A program made the position numbers and the translations under genes. DNA of 64,000 nt from Candidatus Micrarchaeota archaeon. GTDB lineage: Archaea; Micrarchaeota; Micrarchaeia; Micrarchaeales; CABMGC01. The notes under the pieces are model-generated. The model was not told the origin of the DNA, made no database searches, and worked only from the letters and a program-made list of their open reading frames with translations. The stretch covers positions 225,584 to 289,583 of the forward strand of contig JAJYVH010000001.1 of assembly GCA_021792095.1 (NCBI GenBank), written 5' to 3'. Shown one piece after another: positions 25,820 through 32,244 of the stretch. Within the stretch, counting starts at the first letter, position 1; each line of letters begins with the position of its first letter.

Positions 25820-26504
25820 CCTCTTTTTTCAGCTCGGCGGAGAAGCTGGCCTGGTACTTGGACAGCACGGCCTCGGCCTGCTTTATCATGCCCTCCACGG
25901 CGGGATAGCTCTCGCCCCGTGCCGTGAGCTTGTAATGGGGCGCACCCTCGTAGAGCACGCTCACGCCCGTCTTCTCTATGTCGGTGAGCGCCTTCTTGAC
26001 CATACCTATGTTCCCCTTGCTGCCTATGGACCTGAGCGAGAGGGAGTAGCTTACATAGTACTCCTTGGGCTTGTAGTTCTTCAGCACTATGTCCTTGAGC
26101 GCCTCTTTCAGCTTCTTGTCTACGAGCCCCTTCTCCTCCTTGTCCTCGCGCACGCGCTCGAGGAACTCGGCGTACGTCTGCACCGTCTGCGCGATTCTCG
26201 CCTTAATCTGCGGGGCCTGCTCCTCCTCGTGCGCCGACTTTAGGGCGCTGTTGAAGAATTTCTCGGCGCGCTTCTCCAGGTTGTAATCGTTTATCTTGTC
26301 CTTTTTCTCCTTGACCGTTGTCTTCTTCAGCGATACGTCGACGGCCCTCTTTGCGGGATCTATGAAAACGACCTTGGCCGCGTCGCTTTGCCCCTCCTTT
26401 ATGAACTCGTGTATGTTCTTCACCCACCCGCTGGCGATCTCGCTTATGGGCAGGTACGCGTCGAGCTTGTACTCCGTTAGCTCGCAGTACGCCCCGTGGG
26501 GCAT
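25812..26504 (-). CDS. eif2a: translation initiation factor 2 subunit alpha (aIF2-alpha); the true N-terminus probably extends to about 26561-26567
   Basis: The track ORF starts MPHGAYCELTEYKLDAYLPISEIASGWVKNIHEF (mid S1 domain). The in-frame upstream codons read TIIPKALPDKGEIVLVRITKI, which is the missing first S1 strands, back to a TGA at 26568-26570. Confidence 0.85.
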   Translation of the reverse strand: MPHGAYCELTEYKLDAYLPISEIASGWVKNIHEFIKEGQSDAAKVVFIDPAKRAVDVSLKKTTVKEKKDKINDYNLEKRAEKFFNSALKSAHEEEQAPQIKARIAQTVQTYAEFLERVREDKEEKGLVDKKLKEALKDIVLKNYKPKEYYVSYSLSLRSIGSKGNIGMVKKALTDIEKTGVSVLYEGAPHYKLTARGESYPAVEGMIKQAEAVLSKYQASFSAELKKEGA

Positions 26505-26579
26505 TATCTTGGTTATCCTTACCAGGACTATTTCGCCCTTGTCTGGAAGGGCCTTGGGTATTATCGTTCAGCCCACCGA

Positions 26580-26861
26580 TTATCTCTTGATCTCTATCTT
26601 CTTCTTGGACCTGCCGCCCAGCACGCGCTCGACCTTCTTGTTGCACACGGTGCAGGTGAGTATCACCTTCTGCCTCTTTGCGAGCTTCTTCGGGTGCAGT
26701 TTCGCCTCTACGCTGCCCACGAAGCCGCGTATGGCGCGCTCGTGCCTCCTGGTGCCCACGCTGAGCCCGCGGTGGGTGCCGGCCGTGTAGTTCTTCACGT
26801 TGTGCAGCGTGTGCTTGTTACAGTATGGGCAGTATGCCATAATCTGGTTTTGTATCTTCAT
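26580..26861 (-). CDS. rpl44e: 50S ribosomal protein L44e (eL42)
   Basis: 93 aa. Zinc ribbon CPYC...CTVC and GFVGSVEAKLHPKKLAKRQKVIL. Confidence 0.88.
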   Translation of the reverse strand: MKIQNQIMAYCPYCNKHTLHNVKNYTAGTHRGLSVGTRRHERAIRGFVGSVEAKLHPKKLAKRQKVILTCTVCNKKVERVLGGRSKKKIEIKR

Positions 26862-26893
26862 ACGATCATCCGTTCGGGCGCTTGCGTGCGCAC

Positions 26894-27376
26894 CTAAGCC
26901 ACCACTTCGCCGATCTTGTTCTCGGCAACGAATTCAGCGTCTGAGCTGTCGAAGAGCTCTACGACCTCGCCCCTCTTGTAGGGGCCTATCTTCTTTCCTG
27001 TCTTGGTGAGCACTTCAGGCACATCAGCCAGAATCCTAAGTCTTGTGGGCTTTGGCCTCTGCGCTGTTTGGTTTAGTACATTGATTATTTCATTATATAA
27101 GCCTTCTTCCTCTATAGGGAGCGAGGTGGGCAGCTGCTTGCCGTAAGCGATGTAGAGCAGCAGTTTCTGCTTCCTGCGCTCGCGTAGCGCTGCAAACACA
27201 TTCCTGGCGTTTTCTGCGGTGTTCCTGGACTCCACATCGCGCATTTTCGCCTCGAGTGCGGAGAGAAACCTTTCCACCTCGGCGTAGAAGTCCTGCTGCA
27301 ATGGCATAAGCTCTCCGGTGGATTTTTCCTTCTGGAGCGCAGAGAAAAGTAGTTCGGTTGTTATGGCTATTGGCAC
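26894..27376 (-). CDS. GINS complex subunit (Gins51/Gins15-like)
   Basis: 160 aa. N-terminal LLFSALQKEKSTGELMPLQQDFYAEVERFL...RERRKQKLLLYIAY, and a C-terminal B-domain-like RILADVPEVLTKTGKKIGPYKRGEVVELFDSSDAEFVAENKIG. Confidence 0.6.
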   Translation of the reverse strand: MPIAITTELLFSALQKEKSTGELMPLQQDFYAEVERFLSALEAKMRDVESRNTAENARNVFAALRERRKQKLLLYIAYGKQLPTSLPIEEEGLYNEIINVLNQTAQRPKPTRLRILADVPEVLTKTGKKIGPYKRGEVVELFDSSDAEFVAENKIGEVVA

Positions 27377-27498
27377 AGCGAGTACCCCTATGTTCCAGTA
27401 TTATTTTCTGTCGTTGATATTTAATACCTACCTCAACCTTCAATCTTTAATGTTTAATAAAAAGATAAGAGACGCGAATAGCGGAAGTGTGGGGTGTA

Positions 27499-27589
27499 TA
27501 GCGAGGGGTGGATTTCCAAGAATTTCTTTTTGGACCACCGATCTCCGGGTTATGAGCCCGGCGGGTACTCCAGGCTACCCTACCTCGCT
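27499..27589 (-). tRNA. initiator tRNA-Met (CAU) with a 16-nt intron in the T-loop (position 59/60)
   Basis: Reverse strand AGCGAGG-TA-GGGT-AGCCTGGAGT-ACCC-G-CCGGG-CTCATAA-CCCGG-AGATC-GGTGG-[UCCAAA|AAGAAAUUCUUGGAA|U]-CCACC-CCTCGCT-A. A1:U72 and the GGG/CCC anticodon stem mark an initiator. 75 nt after removing 27513-27528. Confidence 0.8.
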
Positions 27590-27613
27590 ATGCTATTGGG
27601 TTTGGAGTAGAAG

Positions 27614-27623
27614 GTATATAGGG
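27614..27623 (-). promoter_or_regulatory. TATA box (CCTATATAC on the reverse strand) about 29 nt upstream of the initiator tRNA
   Basis: Spacing matches that seen for the other tRNAs in the window. Confidence 0.45.
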
Positions 27624-27755
27624 GTTTTGGAACCAGAAAATGTTTGCCGCAAGCTGCAAACGTGTGAATAGAGCGGGATTGCTGGCCCATTACGCGCTGT
27701 ATTTCTGGTATGTCTGTGCTGGCGCGGGCCTCGCGCTCGAGGCTGCGCAGCGTCG

Positions 27756-28496
27756 TCAGGCGATGCTGACTGCGTTCTCCTGCGCAAATATCGCCTGCAC
27801 CTCTTCCTTGCCCATCTGCTTGAGTGCCTTGCCGCAGCCCTCGCACTTGAAGCCGGCCTCGAAGGCAGCATCGAAAGGCAGTATTATCTTCTGGTCTTCG
27901 TAGCACTTCGCGCAGTAGAAGAAGTCGTTACAGTTCTCTGGCATCTTGTGGCTGTCGTCATCATGCTTGTCGTTGGTAATGCTGTTGTGCAGTTCCTCGA
28001 GCTTGTCGGCGTCGATGTGCCACACGAAAGTGAGCCAGCCCTTGCTGTCCTTGTTGGCATCGTAGCGCGCTATGCCGTAGCTGTCTAGCATGTTGAGTAT
28101 GCGCCTGACCTCGTTTATCTTTATGCCCAGCGCCGCAGCAAGCTTCTCATCAGTAGGGTACTCGGGCAGCATCTTGGCTATGTTTATCGCCTTCTTGCCT
28201 ATGTTCTTCGATATGAACTCGGAGAAAACAACATTCTCAAGGAGTGCGTTTACGTCGGGCCTGCGTTCCTGCGCAATCGGAGTTGCAGAGGCATGTTTCG
28301 CTGCGTTTGCAGTGCGTGTGTTGGGGTTGCGGTATGCCGTATGTACTGTAACTCTAGATTTCAGCTTCGGCCTGCTGCTCGCGCCCGCCTTCCTGGCGGC
28401 CGCCTTCTTCCTCAAAACTGCCTTAACGCGTGCGGGAGCACGCACTGTGCGATGCGCAGTAGCGCCGCGTAGTTTGTTGTTTTTACGATAGTTCAT
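27756..28496 (-). CDS. tfe: transcription factor E (TFE, TFIIE-alpha homologue) with a roughly 85-aa basic N-terminal extension
   Basis: Winged helix FISKNIGKKAINIAKMLPEYPTDEKLAAALGIKINEVRRILNMLDSYGIARYDANKDSKGWLTFVW and Zn ribbon FFYCAKC...FKCEGCG. The first 85 aa or so are K/R/A/T-rich. Confidence 0.82.
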   Translation of the reverse strand: MNYRKNNKLRGATAHRTVRAPARVKAVLRKKAAARKAGASSRPKLKSRVTVHTAYRNPNTRTANAAKHASATPIAQERRPDVNALLENVVFSEFISKNIGKKAINIAKMLPEYPTDEKLAAALGIKINEVRRILNMLDSYGIARYDANKDSKGWLTFVWHIDADKLEELHNSITNDKHDDDSHKMPENCNDFFYCAKCYEDQKIILPFDAAFEAGFKCEGCGKALKQMGKEEVQAIFAQENAVSIA

Positions 28497-28767
28497 TAAC
28501 GCACCACAAGACTAGTTTTCCTCAAACAAAACATTTCCTTTGATTTCCAGCCAACTCCCTAAGCCACAATAAGTTATGCACGCTCTTATATTTAAATAGT
28601 CCTTTATTTTGCAAAATTTACACAATGTTTGTTATTCTGCGCACGTGGCTTTCGTTCCGTCAGCACAAACATATTATGCGCTTCCTGATATTTATACCCT
28701 ACTGGTTTTCCGCAGCAAGCGAGTCGCCGTCCGGAGTTCCTGGCATCCGCTGGCGCGCAAAATGATG

Positions 28768-28842
28768 CGGGCTCGGAGGGATTCGGACCCTCGACTTGCT
28801 GGTTAAGAGCCAGCCACTCTGACCAAACTGAGTTACGAGCCC
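28768..28842 (-). tRNA. tRNA-Lys (CUU)
   Basis: Reverse strand GGGCTCG-TA-ACTC-AGTTTGGTCA-GAGT-G-GCTGG-CTCTTAA-CCAGC-AAGTC-GAGGG-TCCGAAT-CCCTC-CGAGCCC-G. No CCA encoded. The 5' end overlaps the stop region of the upstream CDS by 10 nt. Confidence 0.85.
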
Positions 28843-30257
28843 ATGCCTCGTTTCTTTACCCTGTCGCTTATGAATCTCTCTATTATAGAATCAAATTCCT
28901 TTCCGTGCGGGCGTATCTCGTATGAGACCTGCACTATAGGCTTGTTAGCATTTATTATACTTCTTAGGTTTGTTGGGGTGGCAGAAAGCACGACATCGCA
29001 GTCAGCCCTGTTTATCACAGCCTCCAGATCGTGCACCTGCTTTGGGCTGTAGCCCATCGCCGGCAGTTCTTTATCCAGGGCAGGGTACTTGGAGAACGTT
29101 TCCTTCAGCGTGCCGACCGCATACTTCTTCGCCTCAACAACAGAGCGCACGCCGTACTTCTTGGCGGCAACACTGCCCGCGCCTATGCGCATGCCCCCGT
29201 GCGTTATCGTGGGGCCGTCCTCCACTATCAGCGCCCTGCTGCCCTTCAGTATGCGCTCGTTATCCACAGTTACCGGTGAATCCGAGAGTACCACCTTCGC
29301 CTTTGGGTTAAGCTGCTTTAGGTCGCGTCTCACTCTTTCTACCTCCGCCTTGGTGGCTGTGTCCGCCTTGTTTATCAGGAACACATCGGCCATCCTGGCT
29401 ACCATCTCACCGGGGTAATATGTGAGTTCGTTCCCGGCCCTGAGCGGATCCGCTACTGTTATGAGCAAGTCCGGTTCGATGAACGAAGCGTCGTTATTGC
29501 CGCCGTCCCAAATAATCACATCTGCCTCCTTCTCAGCCTGCCTTAGTATCCTGCCGTAATCCACGCCAGCGTACACCACGAATCCGTTCCTTATGTGTGG
29601 TTCGTAATCCTCGCGTTCCTCTATCGTGGCCTTGTACCTGTCAAGGTCCTTGAGCGTGGCGAACCTCTCCACAATCTGCTCCTTCAAATCGCCGTACGGC
29701 ATCGGGTGCCTTATGGCGACAGTCTTGATGCCAAGTTTCCTGAGGAGCCGCATTATGTACCTGGACGTGGGGCTCTTCCCCGAGCCCGTCCTTACGGCGC
29801 AGACGGCGATGACAGGCTTGCTCGACTTCAGCATCGAATCCTGAGGTGCAAGCATTGTAAAGTCCCCTCCTGCTGCATTGACCCAGCTCGCCTTCTCCAT
29901 AACTGTCTGGTAGCTCAGGTCGCTGTATGCCAGTATGCAGACCACAGGCCCTTTCTGCTTCTTTATCAGCTGTGGCAGCTGCGCCTCGTCGTATATCTTT
30001 ATCCCCTTAGGATAGAGCCTGCCGCTAAGCTCCTTCGGGTATGTCTTGTCTGCTATGAATGGAATCTGTGTGGCCGTGAACGCAACAACATCATACGCTG
30101 GATTGTCGCGGAAAAGCACGTTGAACGTGTGGAAGTCGCGGCCCGCTGCCCCCATGATGATTATTTTTTCCCTTTCCAAATGCTCGCCGATTATAACTTG
30201 AGTTCCTATAGGTAATAATACCTTCCGCGTGCGCCGCATTGCCGATTCCGACGACAA
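28833..30257 (-). CDS. COG2403-type P-loop protein (predicted GTPase / cyclic 2,3-diphosphoglycerate synthetase-like)
   Basis: 474 aa. KIIIMGAAGRDFHTFNVLFRDNP...VVAFTATQIP, and P-loop VCAVRTGSGKSPTS. Assigned from remembered family patterns. The start could be 30239. Confidence 0.55.
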   Translation of the reverse strand: MSSESAMRRTRKVLLPIGTQVIIGEHLEREKIIIMGAAGRDFHTFNVLFRDNPAYDVVAFTATQIPFIADKTYPKELSGRLYPKGIKIYDEAQLPQLIKKQKGPVVCILAYSDLSYQTVMEKASWVNAAGGDFTMLAPQDSMLKSSKPVIAVCAVRTGSGKSPTSRYIMRLLRKLGIKTVAIRHPMPYGDLKEQIVERFATLKDLDRYKATIEEREDYEPHIRNGFVVYAGVDYGRILRQAEKEADVIIWDGGNNDASFIEPDLLITVADPLRAGNELTYYPGEMVARMADVFLINKADTATKAEVERVRRDLKQLNPKAKVVLSDSPVTVDNERILKGSRALIVEDGPTITHGGMRIGAGSVAAKKYGVRSVVEAKKYAVGTLKETFSKYPALDKELPAMGYSPKQVHDLEAVINRADCDVVLSATPTNLRSIINANKPIVQVSYEIRPHGKEFDSIIERFISDRVKKRGMGS

Positions 30258-30321
30258 TTTTACGACGACAAAATGCTCCGCAAAGCTTTATATTGGTTGA
30301 ATTGGCATCATTATCCCATAG

Positions 30322-32244
30322 GTGCCTAGTGATAGCATGCAGCAGGATGAGGAATACGACGCTTCAAAGATAATAGTGCTCGAGGGCGCTCAGGGCATCA
30401 GAAAGAGGCCCGCTATGTACATAGGCACCACCAGCAGCGCAGGCGTGCTCCATCTTCTCTTCGAGGTGCTCGACAACGCAGTGGATGAGGCCCTGGCAGG
30501 CTACGCCAAGAACATAACGGTGCGCCTGTCCCAGAACGATACCGCGGACATAGCAGAGGTGAGCGACGATGGCAGGGGCATACCTGTCGGTATGATACCG
30601 AAGTACGGAAAGAGCGCCCTGGAGATAGTAATGACCACCCTTCACAAAGGGGCCAAGTTCGATAACAAGATATACAAGATATCTGGAGGCCTGCACGGAG
30701 TGGGGCTCACGGTAGTAAACGCGCTATCCGAGTACACCGAGGTCACTGTAAAGACCGAAGGCAAGGCGTACAGACAAACGTTCTCAAAGGGCAATGTCCG
30801 GACCCCGCTCGAGGTTCTCGGCGAGACGAAGGAGACGGGCACCACTGTGAAGTTCAAGCCTGACGCTAGCATCTTTCCGTCGCCGAAATTCGACTCTGCC
30901 CTGCTGAAGGACAGGCTCAGGTACACTGCTTTCCTCAACCCCGGCCTCAGGATAAAGCTCATAGACGACAGGTTCAACGCCCATGAGGAATCAGCTTTCT
31001 TCTCCCAGAACGGGCTCGAGGACTTTCTGCGCCACATCAACAAGGAGCAAGAGGCGATAAGCTCCATAATACGTGATAAGAGGCAGGGAGACGGCGTATC
31101 TGTGGAATTCGCGCTCCAGTACGTTAACACGTACGAGGAACGCCTTGAATCTTTTGTAAACGATATACGCACGCCCGAGGGCGGAACCCATGTAATCGGG
31201 TTTCACAGCGGCCTCTCGAGAGCAGTCATAGGCTACGCGAGCAGGAACCAGAACCACAAACCAGATTTCAAGCTTACCGGTGACGACACGCGCGAGGGCC
31301 TTACTGCGATAGTCAGCGTCTTCATGCAAAATCCCGAATTCGAGGGGCAGACCAAGGAGAAACTCGGGAACTCTGCAGTGAAGAGCCTGGTAGAGGCCAG
31401 CGTGTACGCATCGCTCTCCAGATACCTGGAGGAACATCCGGCAGAGGCCAGGAAGATATCTGAGAAGGCAATCAATGCGATGAACGCGAGGGAGAGTGCC
31501 AGGCGCGCCCGCGAACTGGCCAGGCAGAAGAATGTATTTGAGAGCGCTGTGCTGCCAGGTACGCTCGCCGACTGCATAGACGACGATCCCGAGCGCACGG
31601 AGCTTTTCATAGTGGAGGGAAAGAGCGCAGGCGGCTCGAGCAAGGAGGGCAGGGACAAGCAGGTGCAGGCGATACTTCCGCTCAGGGGCAAGATACTCAA
31701 TGTGGAGAAGGCAGGCGACGAGCGCGTCTTTAGCAGCGCTGCCCTCAACATGCTGGTCACTGCTCTTGGCACAGGCATTAAAGAGACTTTCAACCCAGGG
31801 AAGGTCAGGTACAAGAAGATAATCATAATGAGCGATGCTGATGTGGACGGCGAGCACATCCGCACGCTGCTGCTCACTTTCTTCTACAGGTTCATGCCCA
31901 AGCTCATAGAGAATGGCTACGTGTACATAGCCCAGCCGCCGCTCTACAAAGTGTCTGCAGGCAAGAGTATGGCCTACTGCTACACCGATGATGAGCTCCA
32001 GGCCAAGAGGAAGGAGTACGACGGCAAGATGGAGGTGCAGAGGTACAAGGGCCTCGGAGAGATGAATGCGGAGCAGCTCTGGGATACTACGATGAACCCA
32101 TCGAACAGGATACTCAAAAGAGTGAACATAACGGACGCGGAGCGCGCCAACACATTGTTCTCCGTGCTCATGGGCGTGGATGTGGGCCAGAGGAGGAAGT
32201 TCCTCGAGGAACACTCCGGCGATGTGAAGTTCCTTGACGTGTAG
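30322..32244 (+). CDS. gyrB: DNA gyrase subunit B
   Basis: 640 aa. GHKL ATPase (LEGAQGIRKRPAMYIG, HLLFEVLDNAVDEA, GGLHGVG), Toprim (ELFIVEGKSAGGS, PLRGKILNVEKA, IIIMSDADVDGEHI), tail QRYKGLGEMN. Confidence 0.95.
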   Translation: MPSDSMQQDEEYDASKIIVLEGAQGIRKRPAMYIGTTSSAGVLHLLFEVLDNAVDEALAGYAKNITVRLSQNDTADIAEVSDDGRGIPVGMIPKYGKSALEIVMTTLHKGAKFDNKIYKISGGLHGVGLTVVNALSEYTEVTVKTEGKAYRQTFSKGNVRTPLEVLGETKETGTTVKFKPDASIFPSPKFDSALLKDRLRYTAFLNPGLRIKLIDDRFNAHEESAFFSQNGLEDFLRHINKEQEAISSIIRDKRQGDGVSVEFALQYVNTYEERLESFVNDIRTPEGGTHVIGFHSGLSRAVIGYASRNQNHKPDFKLTGDDTREGLTAIVSVFMQNPEFEGQTKEKLGNSAVKSLVEASVYASLSRYLEEHPAEARKISEKAINAMNARESARRARELARQKNVFESAVLPGTLADCIDDDPERTELFIVEGKSAGGSSKEGRDKQVQAILPLRGKILNVEKAGDERVFSSAALNMLVTALGTGIKETFNPGKVRYKKIIIMSDADVDGEHIRTLLLTFFYRFMPKLIENGYVYIAQPPLYKVSAGKSMAYCYTDDELQAKRKEYDGKMEVQRYKGLGEMNAEQLWDTTMNPSNRILKRVNITDAERANTLFSVLMGVDVGQRRKFLEEHSGDVKFLDV

